From the NCBI GenBank assembly GCA_031409655.1, contig JANNXQ010000170.1, forward strand, positions 1-64,000: a stretch of 64,000 nucleotides of DNA, written 5' to 3'. Position 1 is the stretch's first letter. Every line of letters starts with the position of its first letter. The translations under genes were made by a program, and so were the position numbers. Positions 9,258 to 18,393 of the stretch are shown here, in pieces. The notes below the pieces were generated by a model. The model saw only the letters and a program-made list of their open reading frames with translations. It searched no databases and had not been told where the DNA came from. Source of the stretch: Chthoniobacteraceae bacterium (GTDB lineage: Bacteria > Verrucomicrobiota > Verrucomicrobiia > Chthoniobacterales > Chthoniobacteraceae).

Positions 9258-10123
9258 ATGCCGAAGCTCTCGACCAACGACCGCACGACAAGATGCCAGC
9301 CGTCCACGAGGACAAAGAGGAGCAACTTGAAGGGCAGGGAGATCATCACTGGCGGCATCATCATCATGCCCATGGACATGAGTGTGGAGGCCACGAGGAA
9401 ATCGATGATCAGAAAGGGGATGAAGATGAGGAAGCCCATCTGGAAGGCGGTGCGCAGTTCGCTCACGACAAAGGCGGGGGCGACGACGCTCAGCGGCACG
9501 TCTTCGATCTTCGTCGCGCCGCGTCCGGAGAGGCCCAGGTAGAAGTCGAGTTCACTGGGCCGCGTCTGCTTGAGCATGAAAGCGCGCAGTGGCGCGGAGG
9601 CCCGCTCCCAGGCCTCTTCGGTGCTCAGCTCCTTGGCCATGTAGGGCTTGAGGGCGTCTTCATTGATCCGCTCGCCGATGGGTGCCATGATGAAAAAGGT
9701 CAGGAAGAGCGACATGCCGATCAGGATTTGATTCGACGGCGCGCCCTGTACCCCGATGGCGCTGCGGACAAAGCCGAGGACGATGACGATGCGGGTGAAG
9801 CTCGTCATGAGCATGAGGATCGACGGCGCGAGCGTGAGCACCGTCATCACGACGACGATCTGTATCGCGGTGGCCACGCTGCCCTGCTCCGAGCCGCCGA
9901 GATTGATGCTCAGGGCGGGATTCGCGGGGGTGGGGAGAGTGCCTTGGCCAAATGCTGCCGGGGCAAGCAGGAGGAACAGCGCGAGTAGGAGTAGCGCAGG
10001 CTTCCAGCCTGGAGGAGTGCCGCAGGCATCCCTTCCTGCCTTCCACGAGCCCGAAGATCGCAGGCTGGAAGCCTGCGGCACTCCCACAGGCTGGAAGCCT
10101 GCGCTACTCCTACTCGCGCTCAT
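9254..10123 (-). CDS. fliP: Flagellar export protein FliP (N-terminus encoded by a palindromic element)
   Basis: LMTSFTRIVIVL, PAFVVSELRTAFQMGF, MGMMMMPP, LPFKLLLFVLVDGW. Start uncertain (ATG 10123, or GTGs inside the repeat). Confidence 0.95.
   Translation of the reverse strand: MSASRSSAGFQPVGVPQASSLRSSGSWKAGRDACGTPPGWKPALLLLALFLLLAPAAFGQGTLPTPANPALSINLGGSEQGSVATAIQIVVVMTVLTLAPSILMLMTSFTRIVIVLGFVRSAIGVQGAPSNQILIGMSLFLTFFIMAPIGERINEDALKPYMAKELSTEEAWERASAPLRAFMLKQTRPSELDFYLGLSGRGATKIEDVPLSVVAPAFVVSELRTAFQMGFLIFIPFLIIDFLVASTLMSMGMMMMPPVMISLPFKLLLFVLVDGWHLVVRSLVESFGI
9978..10120. repeat. 143-bp nested palindromic REP-like (GTAG-type) element within the fliO end / fliP start
   Basis: Perfect 34-bp arms AGCGCGAGTAGGAGTAGCGCAGGCTTCCAGCCTG (9978-10011 / 10087-10120), plus inner 14-bp arms GGAGTGCCGCAGGC (10014-10027 / 10071-10084). 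Confidence 0.9.
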
Positions 10124-10583
10124 CGCTTTTCTCCGGTTGGACGTCGGGAAAATCCGCCTCCGGGGCGGAGAGCGTCGCCAGGTAATCGATGCGCCCGGGG
10201 CACACCCCGATCAGCATCTTGCGATCTTCATATTCCGCGACCACGAGGAACTGCCGATTGCCCAGCATCCGCGTTTCGCTGATCTGCAATTTGCGCGCGC
10301 CCTTCGCCTTTGGCTGAAAGATCGTGAAGCCGTTGCGCAGCAAGTAGGCTCCGCCAGCAAAGAGTCCGAGGAGCAGCGCGAGATAGAGCGTGAGCGTCGC
10401 GGTGCTGCCGCCGCTTTTCATCGTGAAAGGCGCGGGACTCGGCGCGGGCAGCACGGGCCGCGCATCGGCGGCGACCGCTGGCTTCGCCGGAGCGGCGGCC
10501 GCGGGCCCGGGATCAACCTGCGCCGAGACCGCGCCGACGCCGAGCGCCAGCGCCGCGAAATGCGCCAGCAAGAATGTTTTCAT
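10110..10583 (-). CDS. fliO: Flagellar protein FliO/FliZ
   Basis: Signal peptide, TM helix, LQISETRMLGNRQFLVVAEYEDRKMLIGV; lies between fliN and fliP; TGATG overlap with fliN. Confidence 0.9.
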   Translation of the reverse strand: MKTFLLAHFAALALGVGAVSAQVDPGPAAAAPAKPAVAADARPVLPAPSPAPFTMKSGGSTATLTLYLALLLGLFAGGAYLLRNGFTIFQPKAKGARKLQISETRMLGNRQFLVVAEYEDRKMLIGVCPGRIDYLATLSAPEADFPDVQPEKSDERE

Positions 10584-10843
10584 CACGCCTGCTCCCCGAT
10601 GAGCTGCGTGACTTTGATGCCGAAATTATCTTCGACCACGATGACTTCGCCGAGCGCGATGAGCTTCTCGTTCACGTAGATCCCCACGGGATCATTGGCC
10701 CGTTGGTCGAGCTGGATGATGGCGCCGGGGTTCAGTTCCAGCACGTCGCGCATGGCGAGCTTGCAGGAGCCGAGGCGCACGGTGAGTTGCACTTTGACAT
10801 CGAGCACCGTGTTGAGCCGTTGATCTTCGAGGAGGGTGGACAT
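10583..10843 (-). CDS. fliN: Flagellar motor switch protein FliN (minimal SpoA domain)
   Basis: LDVKVQLTVRLG...LIALGEVIVVEDNFGIKVT. Confidence 0.96.
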   Translation of the reverse strand: MSTLLEDQRLNTVLDVKVQLTVRLGSCKLAMRDVLELNPGAIIQLDQRANDPVGIYVNEKLIALGEVIVVEDNFGIKVTQLIGEQA

Positions 10844-10848
10844 GGAAA

Positions 10849-11814
10849 TCAGTTTTTCAGCGTGCGCTGGCCGAGTTGCACCGCGATGTGGCCGTTCTGC
10901 ATCCCGACGGTGCCGGTGAATTCTTCGGTATTGGAAAGGCGCACCGTGGTCTGCGCGATCAGGTCGCGCGAAAGTTCGATGATCTGGCCAGCTTCCATGC
11001 GCAGGACGTCATTGAGCGTCACCTCGCGCACGTTCCATTCTGCGATGATCGGAACGGCGATGCCGGCAAAAGGCGCGCGCCATTTGATCTGCTTCGGGCT
11101 CAGGGTCGTGCCGCGCTGCCGGGCGACCTGCATCTTTTTCACCACCGTCTCGATCATCGAGAAAGGCACGCCGAGGTGCATTTTTCCGGTCAACTCGCCG
11201 AGGGTGAAGTCGATCGATGCGGAAAGAAACGGGGCGTCCGCGGGGGATGTCTTGAGGAAAATGCCACTCGTCTCGTGACCGACGCAGAGCGGGTTGAAAT
11301 CCGTGGCGGCGTCGTCCCAGAGCGCGGTCCATTCCGTGAGCACCACCTGGAGGGCGTCGGCGAGGAGTTCGATCTCGATTTCCGTGAGACCGCGGTTGGA
11401 CTCGACCGCTTTGCCTTTGCCGCCGAGCAGGCGATCCGCGAGCGCGAGGCTGATCGGCAGGCTCAGATCCACGATGCCCACGCCCCGCATCGGCTCCACT
11501 TGGAAGAGGGTAAGGTGCGTCGGCGTCGCCAGCCCTTCGCAGAATTTTGCGAAGCTCACGCTCGTGAACTCGGCCAGCTTGAGCGCGCACTCCATCCGCA
11601 CATACGTCGAGAAACGTGCCGCGAGGTGCTGTACGAAACGCTCGTACATGGCGTTGAGCTGGCGCAGATCGGCTTCCCCGATGAAGCCGGGATTACGGAA
11701 GTCGTACGGCGTGAGATTGGAGCGGTCGAGACCCGGCAGCCGTTCGCCATGCATGTTAAATGCCGGCGACTCGGAAGTCGCTGGGGTCTCGGCGGGCTCG
11801 ACGGTCTCGCTCAT
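10849..11814 (-). CDS. fliM: Flagellar motor switch protein FliM
   Basis: PYDFRNP, DRLLGGKG, RGLTEIE, C-terminal SpoA-like domain. Confidence 0.93.
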   Translation of the reverse strand: MSETVEPAETPATSESPAFNMHGERLPGLDRSNLTPYDFRNPGFIGEADLRQLNAMYERFVQHLAARFSTYVRMECALKLAEFTSVSFAKFCEGLATPTHLTLFQVEPMRGVGIVDLSLPISLALADRLLGGKGKAVESNRGLTEIEIELLADALQVVLTEWTALWDDAATDFNPLCVGHETSGIFLKTSPADAPFLSASIDFTLGELTGKMHLGVPFSMIETVVKKMQVARQRGTTLSPKQIKWRAPFAGIAVPIIAEWNVREVTLNDVLRMEAGQIIELSRDLIAQTTVRLSNTEEFTGTVGMQNGHIAVQLGQRTLKN

Positions 11815-12461
11815 TGCACCACGAAATCCGAGAAGTAGATCTGCGTGATCGCGTCGGACTTCAGCGCCTGGTTGAGATTCGCCACGAGGTCGTTGCGGAC
11901 CACATTTTTGGCGCCGGGTTGTTCGAGATCGGCGAGCGTCCGCGTGCTCAGGACGCCACTCGCGACATCGAGGAGCTGCTTCTTGTTCTCGTCGATGATG
12001 GTTTTGATCTCGGGATTGTCGCTGAGGACCGTGAAGGTGGTTTTCAGGTAACGCGTGCCCATGGTGCCGGCCAGGTTCACGACCACGTTCTCGAAGTCAT
12101 ACGAAAACGCGCCGCCCGCGCCGTCCCCGCCTCCGCCGCCCTTGGCTTCCTTGCCGTGGCCACCCTTGGCCTCTTTCTTCGCCTCCTTCGCGCCATGTGC
12201 GGCCGCTGGCTTGGCCCCATGCCCCGCCGCGGGCTTGGCGCCATGCGCGTCCGCCTTTTCTCCGCCCTCGGCATGTTCGTCCGCCTTTTGCTCCAGCACG
12301 ATGCCGCGGATCTTCGGCAGGAGGAGAAAGTTGATCATCGCAAAGGTGATCGCTGGCATCAGCACGACGACCGCGATGACCGGGATGAGCGGGTTTGGCG
12401 CTTTCGCGGGTGCGGCTTCGCCTTCGGCGGGCTTCTCGGGTGCGGCGGCTTCTTTGGACAT
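11811..12461 (-). CDS. fliL: Flagellar basal body-associated protein FliL
   Basis: Single TM, VVNLAGTMGTRYLK, IYFSDFVVQ end. Confidence 0.93.
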   Translation of the reverse strand: MSKEAAAPEKPAEGEAAPAKAPNPLIPVIAVVVLMPAITFAMINFLLLPKIRGIVLEQKADEHAEGGEKADAHGAKPAAGHGAKPAAAHGAKEAKKEAKGGHGKEAKGGGGGDGAGGAFSYDFENVVVNLAGTMGTRYLKTTFTVLSDNPEIKTIIDENKKQLLDVASGVLSTRTLADLEQPGAKNVVRNDLVANLNQALKSDAITQIYFSDFVVQ

Positions 12462-12495
12462 AGCTTGAAGGTGGTGGTTTGGCGCGACGCAGCGT

Positions 12496-13482
12496 TTACC
12501 GCTTCAGATTGATCACTTCCTCGAGCATCGAGTCGGAGACGGTGATGACGCGCGAAGCCGCCTGGAAGCTCCGTTGGATGACGATCATGTCAGCGAACTC
12601 CTGGCCGAGATCGACGTTCGAGAGTTCGAGCGTGCCGGCTTCGATCCGTCCGAGGCCATTGGTCGCAGGCGTGTTGCTCGCCGCGGTCAAGCTCGGGCCG
12701 CCGATCGGTCCGGCAGCCGCAAAGCCGCTGAAAAGGTTTTTCCCTTCCCGGGTGAGGCCATTCGGATCGCGGAAGTTCATGAGCAGGATCTGGCCGCGGC
12801 TGAAGCTTTCGCCATTCGAGAGACTGATGACCGCGTTGCCCTGCGCATCGATGCTGAAGGAACGCATCGTCGGCCGATTCGCCGTCACCTCCGCATCGGT
12901 ATAGGTGCCGCCGGTGCTGTTCGTGAGTCCGCTGCCGATCGCCACATCGAAGTCGATCTTGACGTCACCCACCGTGGCCGGTGCCGTCGAGGTCTGGGTG
13001 TAAACCAGCTTCCCGCCGACATCGGTGGCATCGTAGATCGCGGCGCCGTCGGAGAGCCCCTGCACGCGGAAGCCGTCGCTGGTGACCAGGTAGCCCTGAT
13101 CATCGAGCCGGAAGTCGCCCGAGCGCGTGACGTAGTCCACCTTGTTGGCCGCATCGCGCACCCGGAAAAAGCCCGGACCCGAGAGGCCCAGATCGGTGCT
13201 CGATCCCGTGGTTGTGAGGGTGCCCTGACTGTGACTCGAGGTGACACTGGCGAGACGCACGCCATTGCCGATCTGGAGCGCGGCGCGATTGGAAACCAGG
13301 CCCGAGGCTGGCGAAGGCGCCGCCTGTTGCAGGATGTTGCTAAAGGCGTCCGAGTATTCCGACCGCGAGCCTTTGAAGCCCGTGGTGTTCACGTTCGAGA
13401 TGTTGTTCGCGATGACATTGATGCCGCGCGAAAACGTGGTCAGGGCGCTGACGCCGCTATTGAGAGTTCCGACGAGTGACAT
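12496..13482 (-). CDS. flgE: Flagellar hook protein FlgE (short, 328 aa)
   Basis: VIANNISNVNTTGFK, TRSGDFRLD, LELSNVDLGQEFADMIVIQRSFQAASRVIT; follows flgD. Confidence 0.92.
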   Translation of the reverse strand: MSLVGTLNSGVSALTTFSRGINVIANNISNVNTTGFKGSRSEYSDAFSNILQQAAPSPASGLVSNRAALQIGNGVRLASVTSSHSQGTLTTTGSSTDLGLSGPGFFRVRDAANKVDYVTRSGDFRLDDQGYLVTSDGFRVQGLSDGAAIYDATDVGGKLVYTQTSTAPATVGDVKIDFDVAIGSGLTNSTGGTYTDAEVTANRPTMRSFSIDAQGNAVISLSNGESFSRGQILLMNFRDPNGLTREGKNLFSGFAAAGPIGGPSLTAASNTPATNGLGRIEAGTLELSNVDLGQEFADMIVIQRSFQAASRVITVSDSMLEEVINLKR

Positions 13483-13501
13483 GGTGTATTTCTTTCTATG
13501 T

Positions 13502-14050
13502 TTACTGAGTGACGACCGGTGCGGCTGGAGCCGTGCCGAGGTTTGTCTGAGGAAGTGGAGCGGGCGTGGAAACCGCGGCGGGTCCCGTCCCGAGCATGGT
13601 TTGAGCAGGCATCGGGTCCGTGGTGGTGGTGGGCTTCGGCCGCACGTTGATCACCGCGGAGGCGTCGTATTCTGCCTTGCCGATGATCAGCTTGGGCTCG
13701 CCATCCTTGATCGTGACACTGCTAACCTCGCCGGTGACGTCGCCCTCCTTCGAGGTCACGGTCACGATCTTGCCGAGGAAATTCTGCGCGGTGACGACGC
13801 GCTGGCCGGCGGTGAAGTTCTGGAAATCCTCCGTCAGCGTGCGCATCTGCTCGAGCGAGGTGAAGCTCGCCATCTGCGAGATGAATTGGGTGTCCTCCAT
13901 GGGCTTCAGGGGATCCTGCGACTGGAGCTGCACGGAGAGCAGTTTTAGAAAGTCGTCCGCATCGAGCTGTTGTTTCCCGGTGACGCGATTCGCGACGGCG
14001 GGATCGTTGAAGTTCTGGCCGGTGGCCGAGGTGAGTCCGGAGATGTCCAT
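13502..14050 (-). CDS. flgD: Flagellar hook capping protein FlgD
   Basis: DDFLKLLSVQLQSQDPLKPMEDTQFISQMASFTSLEQM. Confidence 0.96.
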   Translation of the reverse strand: MDISGLTSATGQNFNDPAVANRVTGKQQLDADDFLKLLSVQLQSQDPLKPMEDTQFISQMASFTSLEQMRTLTEDFQNFTAGQRVVTAQNFLGKIVTVTSKEGDVTGEVSSVTIKDGEPKLIIGKAEYDASAVINVRPKPTTTTDPMPAQTMLGTGPAAVSTPAPLPQTNLGTAPAAPVVTQ

Positions 14051-14057
14051 GGTGTGT

Positions 14058-15953
14058 TTAGGCGTAGAGGTTCAGGCCGTCCGTGGCGGTGGCGATTCTC
14101 GTGGGGCCGCTGGCGGTCGCTGGTGCGACTCGCGGGCGGCGGGCATTGAAGTGGAAAGCTTCCGCCTGGCGATCGGGGTGGCTGGAGTCGCGGTCCTGCC
14201 TTTGCTGGCTCAGGTCGGTCATGTTGGTAGAGGACTGGCTCATCTCGAAGACGGGCGGGGTGAGGCGCACGCTGCGCTCGGCGCTGCGGTCGGAAAATTG
14301 CGACCAGTTCTGCTCGAGCGCGGTGCGCAGGGCCTCGGAGTTCGTGCGGATGAACGGTGTCACTTCGCCATTGGCCAGGCGGAGTTGGATCGTGAGTTTG
14401 GCGCCGCTCTCGAGTTGCACGGCGACTTCGATGCGCTCGGTGCCCGCGGCCTTCATCCGCACCACCGCGTCCGTGGTGCGATCAATGACCCGCGTCATCT
14501 CGGTGCGCGAGACGGTCGCTTCTTCGCGCGGGGAACTCGGACCAGAGGTCAGCTCGGGTCGCAGATGCTCAAATTCGGGGCGTGCGGCGGGGCCATTGGC
14601 TGGCGCCGTCACTTCGATCTCGGGCCGGGTGCCGTCCGGAGTTTGCGGCCTTTCAAAGTGGCGTTCGTCGCGGGCCGGATTCGCGGTGGTGGGCCCACTG
14701 GAGATCGCCGTCGCGGGGGTGTCGGTGAAGGTCGTCGGCGCGGGCGGAGCGCTCGCAATTTTCACGGCAGGCCGGGCTTCCAAGGGCGCTTCGATCCCCG
14801 CGGCAGAACTCGCCCTCGGGAGTGCTGGTGCGGCTTGGAGAGCGGAGTTCGGCATGACCTCTCCGCGCTTAGCAGCGGGTGTGCCACGGGGATTCTGGGC
14901 ACGTGTTTGCTCGTTCACTTTCAGCGTGACCGCCGGGGCCACGGCGCTCGCTGCCACCTCGGTGGCTGGCGCGGTGGCCACTGGCGTGGAAATTTCGGAC
15001 GTCGTGCGCGGGGCTGCGCTTGCGACCGAGCTTTCGCCCAGCGTGGGCAGGGGAGAGTTTTCCCCCTGCGGCAGGTTCTGCCCAGCGGTCGGCAAAGTAG
15101 TCGCGACCACTTTCGCGACCTCGGTCGGCAGCACGAGCCCGCCAGTTGATTGCTCGGGAATGCGCGGCGTCGCGATCGGGGAGGTCGCGAAAGTTTGCCC
15201 CGGCACGATCTCCTTCCAGCCACCGTTCAGACGCACGGTTTCGGCCGGGATCTGCACCCGCACCGCGCTGCCAATCGAGGCGGTGTTTCCTTCCGGTGTG
15301 CCGGGCGTGCTCAGCACGGTGGCCGTTTGAGGGGAGGCGGAAAGGGGCGCCATGGCTGGCGTGCCGAGGGTCTTCGGTCCCCGCGGCTGCGGTGCGCTTT
15401 CCGGCGGCGTCCACGGCGCCTGGAGTTGCGCCACGGTTGTCGGAAACAGCGCCGTCAGCAGCGCCATTCGAGGCGCACTCGAGACCGGCGTTTCGGGAGC
15501 AGGATCGGTCTGCAATTTTGGCGCTGTTTCTGGATCGGCTTCGGCGTCACGCGCGGGTTCTGAAACGGGGTCGGTGACGCCCAGACCTTGCAGGCCGTTC
15601 AGCATCTCCGGGCTGAAAAGAAGATGTTCACCCAGAGGCAGCAGGGTGGGCGCATGGCGCGTCGGGAGGTGCGGCTGCATGGCGAGCAGCGAGGCCTCCG
15701 CTTCTTCAGGGTCTTCCTCAGTCTCGGAGTCCTCTTTTTGTGAGATCGTCGTCTCGCTCTCGCCGGCCTCCGCGACCACGGTCGCTGCGAGTTTGACGGG
15801 GGCTTCCTTGGGCGGCGATTGGACGGCGTGTTGATCCAGCAACCGGGAAAAACTCTCATCATCACCCCGGCCTTTCGGGCTGGGGCGCGGCTCAGCGGGC
15901 AGAGTGGAAGGTGCGGAAGGTGCGGGAGGTGCGGACGGCAGGACGGTAGTCAT
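14058..15953 (-). CDS. fliK: Flagellar hook-length control protein FliK
   Basis: Long Pro/Ala/Thr-rich region, C-terminal T3S4-like segment (IEVAVQLESGAKLTIQLRLANGEV...LRTALEQ), canonical position before flgD. Confidence 0.8.
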   Translation of the reverse strand: MTTVLPSAPPAPSAPSTLPAEPRPSPKGRGDDESFSRLLDQHAVQSPPKEAPVKLAATVVAEAGESETTISQKEDSETEEDPEEAEASLLAMQPHLPTRHAPTLLPLGEHLLFSPEMLNGLQGLGVTDPVSEPARDAEADPETAPKLQTDPAPETPVSSAPRMALLTALFPTTVAQLQAPWTPPESAPQPRGPKTLGTPAMAPLSASPQTATVLSTPGTPEGNTASIGSAVRVQIPAETVRLNGGWKEIVPGQTFATSPIATPRIPEQSTGGLVLPTEVAKVVATTLPTAGQNLPQGENSPLPTLGESSVASAAPRTTSEISTPVATAPATEVAASAVAPAVTLKVNEQTRAQNPRGTPAAKRGEVMPNSALQAAPALPRASSAAGIEAPLEARPAVKIASAPPAPTTFTDTPATAISSGPTTANPARDERHFERPQTPDGTRPEIEVTAPANGPAARPEFEHLRPELTSGPSSPREEATVSRTEMTRVIDRTTDAVVRMKAAGTERIEVAVQLESGAKLTIQLRLANGEVTPFIRTNSEALRTALEQNWSQFSDRSAERSVRLTPPVFEMSQSSTNMTDLSQQRQDRDSSHPDRQAEAFHFNARRPRVAPATASGPTRIATATDGLNLYA

Positions 15954-15971
15954 GAATTCTTGGTCAGGGAG

Positions 15972-16613
15972 TCAGGCGTTTTCCTTTTTCAGCGACTTGA
16001 TCAGCCGCAGCTTGTCGGTGATCCGCGCCGCGCGTTTCGCCATGCTCTCGCCTTCGCCGCGGTCCGGCGCTTTCGTCATCTCGGCGAGGATTGGCCCCAC
16101 GGTCGTCGTCTTCATCATGGAGAGGATTTTCACCACGGTATTTTCCTCCATCTCGCGGAAGATCGAGACGACCTGGGGCGGGTTCATCGCGCTGTAGGTC
16201 TGCGAAAGTGATTTCAAGTTCTTCACCTCGCGTTCCTCGATCTCGAGCAATTCCTTCTGCTTCCGCTCGTCGATCTCGGCGATCCGCGTATCGATCTCCC
16301 CGCGCATGACCCGGATCGCGTCGCGCACCTTGTCCAGTTCCGCGCGTTCCGCGGCCGTCTGGCTTTGCAAGCTCATGATGCTCTTCTGGTCGGCCACGAG
16401 TTTCGCCCGCTCGCTCTCGAGTTCAGTGATCAGCAGATCGACGGCCTCCGTCTTAAAGCTCCACAAGCGCGGCGGCAGCGCGGTCTTCTGCGGCAACACG
16501 ATCTCGGGCTCTTTGAGGTTCTTCAGCCCTGGGAGCAGCAGCCCGACGAGCGTGCCGAGGTGGGTGATCACCGCGAGGATCGCGATGCCAAAACCGGAAC
16601 CCAGAAACTTCAT
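15972..16613 (-). CDS. YlxF/FlbB/MotE-like flagellar protein (TM, coiled coil, MgtE_N-like)
   Basis: LSQTYSAMNPPQVVSIFREM...VKILSMMK...GPILAEM; sits between fliJ and fliK as ylxF does. Confidence 0.8.
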   Translation of the reverse strand: MKFLGSGFGIAILAVITHLGTLVGLLLPGLKNLKEPEIVLPQKTALPPRLWSFKTEAVDLLITELESERAKLVADQKSIMSLQSQTAAERAELDKVRDAIRVMRGEIDTRIAEIDERKQKELLEIEEREVKNLKSLSQTYSAMNPPQVVSIFREMEENTVVKILSMMKTTTVGPILAEMTKAPDRGEGESMAKRAARITDKLRLIKSLKKENA

Positions 16614-17068
16614 GCCGCCACCTCCTGCAAGCCGCGCCCATGCCGGGCGGTGATGAGATCGCCGACTTCATTCTCTTCGCGGCGCTCCATTTCGATCCGG
16701 TGCGCGCGGGTTTGGCGTTCGCGCAATCGGGTCAGCACTTCCCGCTTGCGCCGGACTGCCAGAAATTCCGCCCGGCGCACCGCCGCCTCGCGATCCGCCA
16801 CGGCCAGCCGCACGGCGAGATGTTCGCACTGCGACTGCTGATGCTGCAACGCATTGAGCAGGAGGATCTGCTCCAGGCGGCTCGTCGCCCCGGTGCGGCC
16901 GGTGACGAGCGCGGCGTAGCAGCCGTCGAGATCGGTGCGCGCCTGCTCCAGGTCGAGCGTCGCCTTGGCCTGAGCCTGCGCAGCTTTGCTGAAAACTTCG
17001 CGCGCGAGATCTTCTTCGCGCGCGCGGATGGTGAGGACGGAGGCGAGACGGAAGACGAATTGCTTCAT
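16610..17068 (-). CDS. fliJ: Flagellar export protein FliJ
   Basis: MKQFVFRLASVL start, coiled coil, 152 aa, follows fliI. Confidence 0.88.
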   Translation of the reverse strand: MKQFVFRLASVLTIRAREEDLAREVFSKAAQAQAKATLDLEQARTDLDGCYAALVTGRTGATSRLEQILLLNALQHQQSQCEHLAVRLAVADREAAVRRAEFLAVRRKREVLTRLRERQTRAHRIEMERREENEVGDLITARHGRGLQEVAA

Positions 17069-18393
17069 GAGAGGATGGAGGCGAGCCGTTCGAGGCTCTC
17101 TTGGCGTGGGGTCCGATCGTCCACTGGCTGCCGCAGGAAATGGGTGAGCGCCTCGCGTCGCGCGATGGCCAGGTCGAGCCGCGGATTCGCGCCGCGCACA
17201 TAGGCACCGATGTTCACGAGGTCCTCATGGTCCCGATAGACCGCGAGCAGATCGCGCGCGGCACCGGTCAGTTGCTGCTCCGCCGGAGTGCTGATGTCGC
17301 GGACCAGCCGGCTCACGCTTTCGAGCACATCGATCGCTGGGAAATGATTCGCCGTGGCCAGCGCGCGGGTGAGCACCAGATGGCCGTCGAGGATTCCCCG
17401 CACCGCATCGGCGATGGGTTCATTCATGTCATCGCCCTCCACGAGCACGGTGTAGAAGGCGGTGATCGCGCCATGCTCCGAAGCGCCGGTGCGCTCCATG
17501 AGCCGCGGGAGCAGCGAGAAGACGGAAGGCGTGTAGCCGCGGCTGCTCGGCGCTTCACCCACCGCGAGCCCGATCTCGCGTTGGGCCATGGCAAAGCGCG
17601 TCACGGAATCCATGAGGAAAAGCACCTTCGCGCCGTCTTCCCGGAAACGCTCCGCGATCGCCGTGGCCAGGAACGCCGCGCGCAGTCGCACCAGGGCCGG
17701 CTGATCCGAGGTGGAGCAGACGACGACGGAGCGCGCCATGCCTTCTTCACCGAGATCCTTCTCGATGAACTCGCGCAGTTCGCGTCCGCGTTCACCGATC
17801 AGCGCGATCACATTCACCTCGCTCGAGGCGCCGCGCGCCATCATCCCGAGCAGCGTGGATTTTCCCACACCGCTCCCGGCGAAGATGCCCATCCGCTGCC
17901 CGCAGCCGACTGGTGCAAAGGCGTCGATGGCGCGCACGCCGGTCTCCAGAGGTTCGCTGATGCGCTGCCGCCGGAGGGGGTTCGGGGGCGGGCAGCGCAA
18001 GTCGCGCGCGCGTTCGCAGACCAGCGGGCCGCGGCCATCCATCGGCTGTCCGAGACCGTCGATCACCCGACCGAGCAGCCCTTTGCCCACGGGGACATTC
18101 GAGCCATAGCTGGAAGCGGTGACTTCGCTGCCGGTGCGGAGCGTATCCGTGGCACCGAGCGGCATCAGCAGGAGCCGATGCTCGCGAAAGCCCACGACTT
18201 CCGCATGGATCGGTGGCTCGCCCGGCGCGGTCTGGATGCTGCACACATCGCCCAGGGCGAGGTTCGGCCCCTCGGACTCAATGATCAGCCCGGTGACGCG
18301 CACCACTTTGCCGACGCGCACGATCGGACGCTCCGCACGGAGGCGGGTCCGGAAGCGTTCGATCATCGCGGCGCTGGCGGCGGCGGCGCTCAT
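17065..18393 (-). CDS. fliI: Flagellar export ATPase FliI
   Basis: GIFAGSGVGKSTLLGM, ALIGERGRE, MDSVTRFAMAQREIG, ILDGHLVL. Confidence 0.98.
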   Translation of the reverse strand: MSAAAASAAMIERFRTRLRAERPIVRVGKVVRVTGLIIESEGPNLALGDVCSIQTAPGEPPIHAEVVGFREHRLLLMPLGATDTLRTGSEVTASSYGSNVPVGKGLLGRVIDGLGQPMDGRGPLVCERARDLRCPPPNPLRRQRISEPLETGVRAIDAFAPVGCGQRMGIFAGSGVGKSTLLGMMARGASSEVNVIALIGERGRELREFIEKDLGEEGMARSVVVCSTSDQPALVRLRAAFLATAIAERFREDGAKVLFLMDSVTRFAMAQREIGLAVGEAPSSRGYTPSVFSLLPRLMERTGASEHGAITAFYTVLVEGDDMNEPIADAVRGILDGHLVLTRALATANHFPAIDVLESVSRLVRDISTPAEQQLTGAARDLLAVYRDHEDLVNIGAYVRGANPRLDLAIARREALTHFLRQPVDDRTPRQESLERLASILS

